Below, in pieces: positions 18,886-28,063 of a stretch of DNA of 28,555 nucleotides. The notes below the pieces were generated by a model, which saw only the letters and a program-made list of their open reading frames with translations, had not been told where the DNA came from and made no database searches. Position 1 is the stretch's first letter. Each line of letters begins with the position of its first letter. The stretch covers positions 1-28,555 of the forward strand of contig RFXE01000001.1 of assembly GCA_009921785.1 (NCBI GenBank), in the 5' to 3' direction. The stretch is from Alphaproteobacteria bacterium (GTDB taxonomy: Bacteria > Pseudomonadota > Alphaproteobacteria > Rhizobiales > Beijerinckiaceae). The translations under genes and the position numbers were made by a program.

Positions 18886-19089
18886 AAAGGCCTAGTATTC
18901 GATTCAAGGTCGCAAAACTTGCCCTGCCCAAGAGGTATGGGTTTAATCTAGGACATCAAGCATGCTTAAGACCTAGTTTTGAGGGATTTCGATGAGATAT
19001 CAGATATCGAAAGGGTCTAATGCCGAATAGACAAAGGATATTATTCATTGTCCGGATCGGCTTTTATATCACTCGGGGAAATTCAAATT

Positions 19090-19596
19090 ATGTCGCTTAC
19101 GCTTTACGATATGTCCGTGCCAGTTTTTGTCCAATCGCTTACGGCACTCGCCGATGTTCTCAAAAAAGCCGAAGCACATGCGGATGCGCACAAAATTGAG
19201 CATACGGTTTTTCTGAACGCGCGCCTCGCTCCTGATATGTTCGCATTGACGAGACAGGTTCAACTCGCAACCGATTTCGCAAAAGGCGGATCGGCCCGTG
19301 TCTCGGGCGTTGACACGCCGAGCTATTCCGACACGGAATCGACCTTCGCTGAACTCTATGGACGGATCGAGAAGACGATCGCCTTCATCACGTCAATCCC
19401 GAAGGAAAAATTCGTCAACGCCGAAACGCGCGATATCCTCGTTCCGTTGCGACCCGAGCCGCGGACATTCAATGCACTTGTGTACTTACGTCACGGCGCG
19501 CTCGCCAATTTCTTTTTCCATACGACGACGGCCTATGCCATTCTGCGTCATAATGGTGTCGAACTTGGAAAGCGTGATTATCTCGGAACCTATTGA
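19090..19596 (+). CDS. DUF1993 family protein
   Basis: LNARLAPDMFALTRQVQLATD, DTESTFAELYGRI, NFFFHTTTAYAILRHNGVELGKRDY. Start placed at ATG 19090. Confidence 0.9.
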   Translation: MSLTLYDMSVPVFVQSLTALADVLKKAEAHADAHKIEHTVFLNARLAPDMFALTRQVQLATDFAKGGSARVSGVDTPSYSDTESTFAELYGRIEKTIAFITSIPKEKFVNAETRDILVPLRPEPRTFNALVYLRHGALANFFFHTTTAYAILRHNGVELGKRDYLGTY

Positions 19597-20451
19597 TGCC
19601 ATACGCGTAATGCTGACATTTAACCCCGCCATTCTGGCTAACCTTGCTGTTATGGCGGGGCTCATCGCGTCGTAGTCCGCGATGGCCATCAAAGAGCCGC
19701 CCTTCGCTGTCGTTGAACAGGACGGCTAATTTGAATTTCGTGACTATGCACTGATTCTTGCGGCCGAAGTAACGGTCAAAAATTGTGATGACCGCTCCTA
19801 TCACTCAGAATGCTGAGAATCGCAAAAGCGAGACAATCGTCATTACAGTGCTCGTGACGAAAAACGCAATCGGCAATCAATGGAAGATCCATTCATGATG
19901 CCGAGGACTTACACGAAAGTAACATTGCCGAAGCTAAATGACTCTCGAATTTTATTTGTCTAAATACCAGCCCTATGCGTTGTTGTTTTGAAATTCTCCG
20001 GCCTCTGTACGGGTGGCAATCCGAATGCGCGAAATGAAAAGTGCTGGTTGGCGCGCTCAATAATAAAAATTTCATTATTAATAAAAATAAAACCTTTCTT
20101 CGCGTTGTTTTAAAATTAAATATGTCTTGCAATCGTGAATTTTGGATCATAAATGAATGATTTTCACCGCGATCTTCAATAATGCTATAAGCAACCAGTA
20201 AGAAGCTTTTCCTTTCCAGCGCAATTTCGGATCATCTCGATTTCAATTCAGAAGTTTTGTTTAGTTGTCGTACAATTAATTAGCGTCCAAAATTTGGAGG
20301 CTTATTAAAAATAAGTGTTTTTGAATAACGAATTTTTGGGTGAGCAATTTGCAAAAGAGTAGCTATAAGAACTTTGCAACTCTTTAAAACTTTTCACGTC
20401 GAGAAATTGAAATTTTGAAAATCTTGAACCCATTGATATCATTTTGAAAAA

Positions 20452-20494
20452 TAGTGGAGCTGAGCGGAATCGAACTGCTAGCCTCCTCATTACG
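20452..20494 (-). pseudogene. Orphan degenerate 3' half of a tRNA-Ala (probably CGC), att-site scar
   Basis: The minus strand reads CGTAATGAGGAGGCTAGCAGTTCGATTCCGCTCAGCTCCACTA: anticodon loop/stem remnant, variable loop, T-arm with GTTCGAT and Ala-type acceptor end GCTCCAC(C>T)A. No D-arm or 5' half is present. Confidence 0.8.
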
Positions 20495-20596
20495 CCTGAA
20501 AGACTTTTAGTTTGATTCGACGTCTGAAGGCTAGATTAATTAGAAATTACTTTAACAAGCATCATTGTTTCTAGCCTAGTCAGTTGTTCAACCCCA

Positions 20597-20959
20597 TTAA
20601 AGAGCCTTTACGATATCCCTGTGAAACTCTTTCAGGTGGGTTTGAGCCCACCTCGCAAGTTCCTCAACGATAGGTCGCAGCGCTTTACCGCTTTCTGTTA
20701 AACGGAAGGCGTTATTGCGAGCGCTCGCTTGCGGGTTCGTTCGCTCGATTAGTTTTAGGTTAGTAAGCAGTTCGAGCCTCGTGGCGAGGATATTTGTCGA
20801 GATGCGCTCTTTCGACCCAAGAAACTCCGAATAGGTGCGGGTTCCGTATATCAATAAGTCACGAATAATCAGAAGCGACCACTTGTCTCCGAGCACGTCG
20901 AGCGCGGAACTGATCGGGCAAACGGAACGCCAATCGAGTCCTTCCATCCTATCCTTCAC
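20597..20959 (-). CDS. HxlR-family winged-helix transcriptional regulator
   Basis: CPISSALDVLGDKWSLLIIRDL, ISTNILATRL, FRLTESGKALRPI; GGAG 7 nt before GTG 20959. Confidence 0.92.
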   Translation of the reverse strand: MKDRMEGLDWRSVCPISSALDVLGDKWSLLIIRDLLIYGTRTYSEFLGSKERISTNILATRLELLTNLKLIERTNPQASARNNAFRLTESGKALRPIVEELARWAQTHLKEFHRDIVKAL

Positions 20960-21082
20960 AAATCCACTCCAACCTCACTCTGTCTTAACCAATCTACCCG
21001 CGTTGGCTCACTTAGTTGACTTCACGCCCGCGCCCCGTTCCGGTCAAGTCCATCAGTTGCTAGGCTATGGCCATGCCCATCC

Positions 21083-21493
21083 TTATCGAGCCAAGTAGTG
21101 GATAACAATCTGCCAGACATAGACCAACATGGAAACCTGAGCGACCGCAAAAACAGCAGTGCGCAAATAGGGAATCCCAGCGATATAGACTACAGCATGC
21201 AGAATGCGAGCGATGAGGAGCACGATACCTGCAACAAACGTAATGCCATTCGTAGCACCCGTGACGCAGGCGATACCGATGACAGCCGCATATATTGCGA
21301 GGTTGTCGGCGAGATTGCTATGCGCGCGCACCGCCCGGCCACCCCAAGGGGCAACGCCCTCAAGCACTGTGTCACGATTGTAGAAGATCCATTTTATGCC
21401 TCCGGGAACTGATCCGCGCGCGACGACAGGAGGCAAAGTGAGGATTTCTGTGAGCAATGCGAGCGATAACAAAATCCATAAATCAGGTGTCAT
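21083..21493 (-). CDS. MAPEG family membrane protein
   Basis: RAVRAHSNLADNLAIY, ARILHAVVYIAGIPYLRT; four hydrophobic segments. Confidence 0.85.
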   Translation of the reverse strand: MTPDLWILLSLALLTEILTLPPVVARGSVPGGIKWIFYNRDTVLEGVAPWGGRAVRAHSNLADNLAIYAAVIGIACVTGATNGITFVAGIVLLIARILHAVVYIAGIPYLRTAVFAVAQVSMLVYVWQIVIHYLAR

Positions 21494-21553
21494 TCCGTTT
21501 TTCCTTCTGAGTTGTTAAGGGGTATTAGATGCACTTTTTTCGATGCTGATGAT

Positions 21554-22537
21554 CTATTGTGAAATCGATGCCGCCATGTCTCGGAAGGAGACCTCCATCG
21601 GAGTGGGCTTCCACTTCAGCACCTCGAATGTCGCGCTATTGTTGTAAGAGGCTGCCTTTCCAATAAAAGGCAGCATTCCCTTCACTTCGCGGTCGAACAG
21701 GCCCATGATTTTCAAAAGTGTAGTCGGCGCTTTGCGAGAAGGAACCTTCGTGTAGCCCGCTTCTTTAAGAACGTCCGCTACAGTGATCATGTCGATCGGT
21801 TCGGCAGTAGCTGCAATAAACCGCTTACCCGCAGCATCTTTGGCCGTCATCGCCTCGACGTGGAGACGAGCGACATCGCGAACATCAACCATGCCCATGC
21901 TCATATCGGGAACCATTGGCATCTTTCCACCAATCATAGCGGTCATTAACCCCACGCTCTGTCCGTCCATTTTCGCGCCCAGAGACGGCCCGAACACCGC
22001 GCCCGGGTTTACAACCGTGAGTTCCATATTTCCTGCCTTGACAGCATTCCACGCGGCACGTTCGGCCAAGGTTTTGCTCTTGGCGTATGCACCAATGTTT
22101 GCCTCAGTATTGGACCAGGAATCTGGCCCGTAGCGCCCCGTGTCCTTTCCCGCGATTATCGCAAAGGTTGATGATGTAAGAACTAGGCGTTTGACACCTT
22201 CGCGTTGGGCCGCAGTAATAACCCGCTTGGTTCCTTCGACCGCAGGAGCGATCAGTTCATTCTCATCCTTTGGCTCTTTGAGCAGGAAGGGAGATGCAAC
22301 ATGTATCGCGAAAGAGCAGCCTTTCATCGCCTCACCCCAACCAGGGTCTGAGAGAAGATCAGCTTCGACGAAGCTCAACCGATCAATCGGAGCAACCTTT
22401 GCAAGCGCCTCACGGGTGGCATCTGACTTAGCGCGAGATCGGATCGTTCCGATAACTTCATAGCCCTGCCTTAGCAGTTCGGCAGCACAGTGCTGCCCTA
22501 TGTATCCAGTCACCCCGGTCAGCAAAACACGTTCCAT
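21554..22537 (-). CDS. NAD-dependent epimerase/dehydratase-type SDR (aldehyde reductase / dihydroflavonol reductase-like)
   Basis: LLTGVTGYIG, HVASPF, LIAPAVEGT, YAKSKTLAE (YxxxK), VNPGAVFGP, VDVRDVA. Confidence 0.9.
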   Translation of the reverse strand: MERVLLTGVTGYIGQHCAAELLRQGYEVIGTIRSRAKSDATREALAKVAPIDRLSFVEADLLSDPGWGEAMKGCSFAIHVASPFLLKEPKDENELIAPAVEGTKRVITAAQREGVKRLVLTSSTFAIIAGKDTGRYGPDSWSNTEANIGAYAKSKTLAERAAWNAVKAGNMELTVVNPGAVFGPSLGAKMDGQSVGLMTAMIGGKMPMVPDMSMGMVDVRDVARLHVEAMTAKDAAGKRFIAATAEPIDMITVADVLKEAGYTKVPSRKAPTTLLKIMGLFDREVKGMLPFIGKAASYNNSATFEVLKWKPTPMEVSFRDMAASISQ

Positions 22538-22567
22538 CTTCTCAAACTCCCATCTAGGCCGAATGAA

Positions 22568-22615
22568 TTAACTTGTGAAATGCAAGTTAAATGTTATTAC
22601 TTTCAAAAAGCAAGT
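22568..22615. promoter_or_regulatory. Tandem palindromic operator sites upstream of the SDR-MAPEG-HxlR unit
   Basis: TTAACTTG-N7-CAAGTTAA perfect palindrome (22568-22590) and a second ACTT-N9-AAGT site (22599-22615). Confidence 0.6.
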
Positions 22616-22815
22616 TTTTTCTCGTCCTTCTAGAATTTTTCAATAAGAGCATTGTGTTTTGGTATTTTGCGGGACAGCGATAAGTTCTGCTTTTCGCTAT
22701 CAAAACCGTCAGAATAGACCTTTATATTTGAGTTAAGGACTTACAATTAGGATGCTCTTGAGCCTAGCATGACCGATGAAGGAGCCCGAACAACAAAGGT
22801 AATCGCCAAAACGGC

Positions 22816-23622
22816 TTAGCTCTTAGGACGCACGCGCGAAGCCGTTCCCTTGATAAAATCGTCTAGGCGCGCTCGGGCAGCAGGTTGAGTATTGACTACC
22901 CCTGCAATGACAGCCTCGGCATAGGAAGCGTCGAGTGCGGACATATTACCGAGATGGCTAATGGCCGAACAGATTGCAAAATTGCTAAGGGGGAGGTTCT
23001 GCGCGGCTTTGGCTGCCAAGGTGAGGGCTGCATCAAGGCTTGACCCTTCGACCAAATACTCCGCGAGGCCAACATCGACCGCCTCTTGCCCTTGATAAAC
23101 GCGCCCGGTTAACATCATGTCGATCATCCGTGCCTTGCCCACCAGACCCGCGACACGGATCGTTGCACCACCACCAGTGAACAGGCCACGCTGACCCTCG
23201 GGCAAAGCAAAATAGGTCGAATTGTCCATGACGCGAACATGCGCGGCACTGGCAAGTTCCAAACCTCCGCCCACGACTGCGCCCTTCAAGGCTGCGATGA
23301 TAGGCACACCGCCGTATTCCATCTTGTTGAAAGCTTCATGCCAGCGCATGCAGATATGCATGAAATCGGAGGGGCTTCGGTCAGCCTGATGATGTTCCGC
23401 CAGATCGAGGCCCGCGCAGAAATGATCACCTGATGCTGCGAGTACAATAGCACGCACTCCGGCGCGTGGGGCAGTCGCGAAAAACTCAACAAGCTCTTCG
23501 ATCGTGTACGAATCTAGCGCGTTGCGTTTAGTCGGACGGTTCAATGTGACCACCCAGACGCCGTCGTCGCCGGCAACAATGTCAAGGTTTTTGAAGCGCG
23601 ATAAATCAATTTGGATGCCCAT
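22816..23622 (-). CDS. dmdD: Crotonase-family methylthioacryloyl-CoA hydratase/hydrolase (DmdD)
   Basis: [53 protein letters not shown] and FALPEGQRG (both catalytic Glu), [18 protein letters not shown]...RVRP; closely matches Ruegeria pomeroyi DmdD as I recall it. True start ATG 23622 (268 aa). Confidence 0.88.
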   Translation of the reverse strand: MGIQIDLSRFKNLDIVAGDDGVWVVTLNRPTKRNALDSYTIEELVEFFATAPRAGVRAIVLAASGDHFCAGLDLAEHHQADRSPSDFMHICMRWHEAFNKMEYGGVPIIAALKGAVVGGGLELASAAHVRVMDNSTYFALPEGQRGLFTGGGATIRVAGLVGKARMIDMMLTGRVYQGQEAVDVGLAEYLVEGSSLDAALTLAAKAAQNLPLSNFAICSAISHLGNMSALDASYAEAVIAGVVNTQPAARARLDDFIKGTASRVRPKS

Positions 23623-23653
23623 GTTGCGGTCCTGTTTTGTAAGGGTAAAGGGA

Positions 23654-25336
23654 TCAGAAATAAGCGCCCGAAAGACTTGCGGCACCGCAAATGGCACGCA
23701 CTCGTTGAAGGCCGGTCTCGATGAGAATGTGGTTAAGGTAGAATCGTGCCGTTGAGATCTTGGCCTCAAGAAAGGTGCGGTCTGCAACACTTCGCAGGCT
23801 CGCCTCGGCGGCAAGAAGTATACGCGCCATTTGCCAGCCTGCCACCAAATTGCCTGCCAGCATTAGATATGGCACCGCAGCGCCGTACGCATCAATTGAG
23901 GTGCAGGTCAACAAGTGAGCGACCACGGCCTGAAAATCCTGCCGAGCGGCACTCAAACGAAGAGCCGCTTCTTGCGCAAATGGTACCCCGTGCTGCAATT
24001 CCGCTTCGGTTTCGACAATCATCGCGCAGAGGCGACCAGCGATCGAGCCGCCGTCACGCAAGGTCTTTCTTCCCAAGAAATCATTTGCCTGGATAGCGGT
24101 CGTGCCCTCGTAGATCGGTAAGATGCGAGCATCGCGGTAATACAGTGCTGCCCCTGTTTCTTCAATAAACCCCATTCCACCATGAATTTGCACGCCAAGC
24201 GATGCGACCTCTATAGCCATTTCGGAGTTGAAACCCTTGACGAGCGGTACTAGAAATTCCACCAGCGCTGTGTCGCCCCGATCCTGACAACCGGCCGTAT
24301 AAATGGCCAAAGCTCGACAGGCTTCAGTGGTGGCCCGCATATGCATCGCCATACGGCGCACGTCGGGATGGTTGATGATGGTGACTGCGCCAGTAGCATG
24401 GCCGTCAATCGGACGACCTTGAAGGCGGTCCCTCGCATAGCTCATGGCCTGTTGCGTGGCGCGTTCGGCAATTGCCACGCCCTGCACGCCGACTGCAAAA
24501 CGGGCGGCGTTCATCATGGTGAACATGTATTCCAACCCAGCATTTTCCTGGCCGATCAGAAAGCCCGTTGCGCCCTCGAAAGATAGAACGCAGGTTGGGC
24601 TTGCACGGACACCAAGTTTGTGTTCGATTGATTGGCATAGGACAGCGTTCCGCTCGCCATCCGCTAGGATCTTCGGCACCAGAAACAGACTGATCCCCTT
24701 TATCCCCTTCGGCGCCCCCGGTGTGCGGGCGAGGACGAGATGAATTATGTTTTCTGCAAGATCATGCTCCCCATAGGTGATAAATATCTTGGTGCCACTC
24801 AGCTTGTAGGTACCGTCCGTCAGTGGTTCAGCCTGAGTGCGGAGCAGCGACAGATCGCTACCGGCCTGTGGCTCCGTCAGGTTCATCGTTCCGGTCCAAA
24901 CCCCTGCAACAAGTTGCGGCAGGTAGGTGGCTTTTATCTGCTCCGATCCAAAATGTTGAAGCGCTTCGATAGCTCCATCGGTCAGCAGAGGGCAAAGTGC
25001 AAAGCTCAAGTTAGCAGCGTTCAGGATTTCACCCGCAGCAGCCCCGACCGTGCGCGGCAGACCCTGACCGCCATATTCTAAGGGGTGCAGCAATCCCTGC
25101 CAGCCCATCGCGACGAATTTGTTGTAAGCTTCGCGAAAACCCTTTGGAGTGGTCACCTGACCCGAATTGTAAATCGAGCCTTCGCGATCACCCGGCGCGT
25201 TCAGCGGTGCTATCTCTTCGGCACAAAAGCGGCTTAGCTGTTCAAGTATCGTAGTAGCCATATCCAGATCCACCTCGCCGAGCGTAATATGGGCAAGGTT
25301 GAACAGAATGTCTTGCAAAGGGGCTTCATAGGTCAT
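23654..25336 (-). CDS. dmdC: Acyl-CoA dehydrogenase, MMPA-CoA dehydrogenase (DmdC) type
   Basis: [87 protein letters not shown]; directly upstream of dmdD, as in R. pomeroyi. Confidence 0.85.
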   Translation of the reverse strand: MTYEAPLQDILFNLAHITLGEVDLDMATTILEQLSRFCAEEIAPLNAPGDREGSIYNSGQVTTPKGFREAYNKFVAMGWQGLLHPLEYGGQGLPRTVGAAAGEILNAANLSFALCPLLTDGAIEALQHFGSEQIKATYLPQLVAGVWTGTMNLTEPQAGSDLSLLRTQAEPLTDGTYKLSGTKIFITYGEHDLAENIIHLVLARTPGAPKGIKGISLFLVPKILADGERNAVLCQSIEHKLGVRASPTCVLSFEGATGFLIGQENAGLEYMFTMMNAARFAVGVQGVAIAERATQQAMSYARDRLQGRPIDGHATGAVTIINHPDVRRMAMHMRATTEACRALAIYTAGCQDRGDTALVEFLVPLVKGFNSEMAIEVASLGVQIHGGMGFIEETGAALYYRDARILPIYEGTTAIQANDFLGRKTLRDGGSIAGRLCAMIVETEAELQHGVPFAQEAALRLSAARQDFQAVVAHLLTCTSIDAYGAAVPYLMLAGNLVAGWQMARILLAAEASLRSVADRTFLEAKISTARFYLNHILIETGLQRVRAICGAASLSGAYF

Positions 25337-26949
25337 GGCTGCACCCCCAAGTCGCGGGCGGCGGCGCGCAGCATAAACTTCTGAATCTTACCAGTGGCAG
25401 TTTTGGGTATGGGGCCAAAGACCACAGTCTTCGGAGCTTTGAAATGGGCAATACGATCGCGACAAAAGGTGATGATCTCGGCCTCGGTCGTGGCGGCACC
25501 CTCGCGCAGCTCGACAAAGGCGCAGGGGCTTTCGCCCCATGTGGCATGCGGGCGGGCAACCACCGCCGCCGCCAGAATGCAAGGATGGCGATACAGCACT
25601 GCTTCTACCTCGATGGAAGAGATGTTCTCACCGCCGGAAATGATCACATCCTTTAAACGGTCGCGGATTTGCAAGTAGCCGTCAGAATGGATTACGGCGG
25701 CATCGCCGGACCAGAACCAGCCACCGGCAAATGCCTCAGATGTGGCGGCCGCGTCTTTGTAATATCCCTTCATCACCGTATTGCCGCGAATAGCGATTTC
25801 GCCTTGGGAAATGCCGTCGCGCGGCACATCCTCCCCGGTTGCGCGGTCCACAACGCGAATGTCCTCTACCATCGGAAAGCAGACGCCCTGCATCGCCTGC
25901 TTTTCGGCACGCGCAGCGGCAGGCAAAGCGTCCCACTCCTCTTGCCACAAACACTGCGCGATGTGGCCGTAGGTTTCCGTCAATCCATAGACCTGCATCA
26001 CGTCTAGCCCCAAGACCGCCGCCTTCTCCAGTGTCGCGGGCGGTGGCGGCGCACCCGCCGTTAGCACTCTGATCTTTGGCTCAAACGTCAGCGCCTCGGC
26101 TTCAGCGCTGTCACAAAGCATTTGCAGCACGATGGGGGCAGCCCCCAGATGGGTCACATTGTGTAACGCCATCGCTGCCAACAACTTTGCGGGCGTCGTG
26201 TCTCGGGTAAAGATGATATGACCGCCGACGATCGCTATGGCCCAGGGGTGGTTCCACCCGTTGCAATGGAACATCGGCACGACCGAAAGATAGGTTGGAT
26301 GCGGCGGCAAAGCCCATCCCGCCACCGCGCCCATTGCCATCAGATAAGCTCCGCGATGATGATAGATTACTCCCTTGGGCCGCCCCGAAGTGCCCGAGGT
26401 ATAATTGAGCGCCAGGGCTTGCCATTCATCGGTGGGCAAAGTCCAAGCCATCGGCGGATGCGTCACCAGACCGTCATAAGTTGTCTGGCCGAAGCCCGTT
26501 CCGGAAACATCGCAGATATCAACGACTGGAATTACGTTGCCATTGATCGCGAAGGCGGCACGCAGCAAGGGCGCGAATGTGGTATCGGCGATCACAAGCC
26601 GTGCATCCGAATGGCTAAGGATGTATGCGACCGTTTCGGGCTCAAGCCGTGTGTTAATCGTATTCAGCACTGCGCCCGAAAGCGGCACGGCGTAGTGCAG
26701 TTCGAACAGTTCGGGAATGTTCGGAGCCAACACGGCGATCGTATCCCCTGTCCCGATGCCCATTTCTGCCAGACCCGCCGCGACACAACGGCAACGGGTG
26801 CTGGTTTCACCCCAAGTCCGGCGAATATCGCCATAGGTCACGGCGGGCAGGTTTGCATAAACCGTCTCGGCCCGCTTCAAGAAAGACAGTGGCGACAGTG
26901 CCACGTGGTTGGCGGCGGCACGCATAGGGGAATCATAGTGCTGCTGCAT
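25333..26949 (-). CDS. dmdB: Acyl-CoA synthetase, MMPA-CoA ligase (DmdB1-clade-like)
   Basis: ANHVALSPLSFLKRA, LNYTSGTSGRPKGVIYHHRGAYL, VVPMFHCNGWNH, QVYGLTETYG, DRLKDVIISGGENISS, PKTATGKIQKF; ATGA overlap with dmdC. Start placed at ATG 26949. Confidence 0.78.
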   Translation of the reverse strand: MQQHYDSPMRAAANHVALSPLSFLKRAETVYANLPAVTYGDIRRTWGETSTRCRCVAAGLAEMGIGTGDTIAVLAPNIPELFELHYAVPLSGAVLNTINTRLEPETVAYILSHSDARLVIADTTFAPLLRAAFAINGNVIPVVDICDVSGTGFGQTTYDGLVTHPPMAWTLPTDEWQALALNYTSGTSGRPKGVIYHHRGAYLMAMGAVAGWALPPHPTYLSVVPMFHCNGWNHPWAIAIVGGHIIFTRDTTPAKLLAAMALHNVTHLGAAPIVLQMLCDSAEAEALTFEPKIRVLTAGAPPPPATLEKAAVLGLDVMQVYGLTETYGHIAQCLWQEEWDALPAAARAEKQAMQGVCFPMVEDIRVVDRATGEDVPRDGISQGEIAIRGNTVMKGYYKDAAATSEAFAGGWFWSGDAAVIHSDGYLQIRDRLKDVIISGGENISSIEVEAVLYRHPCILAAAVVARPHATWGESPCAFVELREGAATTEAEIITFCRDRIAHFKAPKTVVFGPIPKTATGKIQKFMLRAAARDLGVQP

Positions 26950-26959
26950 GGCGCACCCG

Positions 26960-28063
26960 TTACAGGAAGGGCAGTTCGACCAGTTTGGCTGCAACCTCAC
27001 CCTGATCGCGCTGAATTATCACGGTCTCGCCCACCGGAACGGTTGCATCGATCAAAGCATAACCGATATTCGCCTTCATGCGGGGCGACCAGACACAGTT
27101 CGTCATCACGCCAACGCGATGGCCGCTTCGGGTGATGTCCTCGCGGCGGAAGCCCAAGGGGGCGGACGCCGAACCCTCAAGCACTAAGCCCAATTGGTGA
27201 CGTTTTACCCCCTCGGCTTTAATTCGACGCAAGGCGTGAATCCCCACCACATCATCAGATACATCAAGATCGACATATTTACCCAAGCGAACTTCGAATG
27301 GGTTGGTCAGATCGTCCGTGTCACCACCCACCGACACCAATCCACTTTCCGTTCTCTCCGCGGTCGCGGGCGCACCGGGTCCGATGCCCCAAGGCCGGCC
27401 GGCCTCTTTAAATATGTTCCACAACTCGGTGCCGCGCGAACCATCTTTCAGATAGATCTCGAACCCGCCTTGCTTCGACCAACCCGATCGCTGAACCGCT
27501 ACCGGAATTCCATTAATCTCGGTCTCGCGGAACCAGAAGTATTTCAGCCCGCGGACCCAGTCGCCTATCACATGGGCCACCACATCCTCAGCCATTGGCC
27601 CCTGCAGAGCCATTGGCGAAACGTCGGGTTCCGAGATCTCGACATCTAGGCCCCGCTCGGCGGCGATGGCGCTAGCCCAGAACCAGATGTCGCTGTCTGC
27701 AATCGACAACCAGTAAAGATCATCGGCTAGCTTCAAAAGGATAGGGTCATTGATGATCGTACCGCGATGGTTGCAAAGGGGCACGTATTTACCTTGCCCG
27801 ACTTCGCATTTCGACAGATCGCGAGGGCTAAGAATTTGTGCTAAGCGGCCAGCATCCGCTCCCTTCAGCTGCACCTGACGCTCAACCCCAACATCCCATT
27901 GCGAGACGCCGTTGATCAGCCGCCAGTATTCGGCCTCGGGGTCGCCGTAGGAAGTGGGCATGATCATTCGGTTGTAGACATTTGCCGCTTTCAGCCCGTC
28001 CGTAATGGCAGCCTCGAAAAAGGGAGAAGGTCTGATGCGTGTGTTGGGCTGAAAGGAAAACAC
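26960..28063 (-). CDS. dmdA: GcvT-fold THF-dependent methyltransferase, DmdA-like (divergent DMSP demethylase clade)
   Basis: VYNRMIMP, WDVGVERQV, NDPILLKL, WLSIADSD, EPDVSPMALQGP and RSGWSKQGGFEIYL (DmdA-type). GGAG 6 nt before GTG. First gene of the dmdBCD operon. The family call is firm; the substrate is not. Confidence 0.72.
   Translation of the reverse strand: MFSFQPNTRIRPSPFFEAAITDGLKAANVYNRMIMPTSYGDPEAEYWRLINGVSQWDVGVERQVQLKGADAGRLAQILSPRDLSKCEVGQGKYVPLCNHRGTIINDPILLKLADDLYWLSIADSDIWFWASAIAAERGLDVEISEPDVSPMALQGPMAEDVVAHVIGDWVRGLKYFWFRETEINGIPVAVQRSGWSKQGGFEIYLKDGSRGTELWNIFKEAGRPWGIGPGAPATAERTESGLVSVGGDTDDLTNPFEVRLGKYVDLDVSDDVVGIHALRRIKAEGVKRHQLGLVLEGSASAPLGFRREDITRSGHRVGVMTNCVWSPRMKANIGYALIDATVPVGETVIIQRDQGEVAAKLVELPFL

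Noticed and set aside
18966-19020. Imperfect 55-bp palindrome (TAAGACC…TTTCGAT/ATCGAAA…GGTCTAA), possible MITE or IS scar
   Set aside because: Terminal match only 5 bp perfect, no target duplication, and no second copy in the window.
19893-20490. Short ORFs in the AT-rich stretch (19893..20150, 20305..20490 and a 29-aa cationic frame near 20027)
   Set aside because: No motifs or RBS; composition typical of non-coding AT-rich DNA.
23623-23814. 64-aa N-terminal extension of the crotonase in the ORF track
   Set aside because: Overlaps the dmdC 3' end; homology starts at MGIQIDL (ATG 23622).
26218-27135. 305-aa plus-strand ORF
   Set aside because: Antisense to dmdB/dmdA, Arg/His-rich shadow-frame composition.
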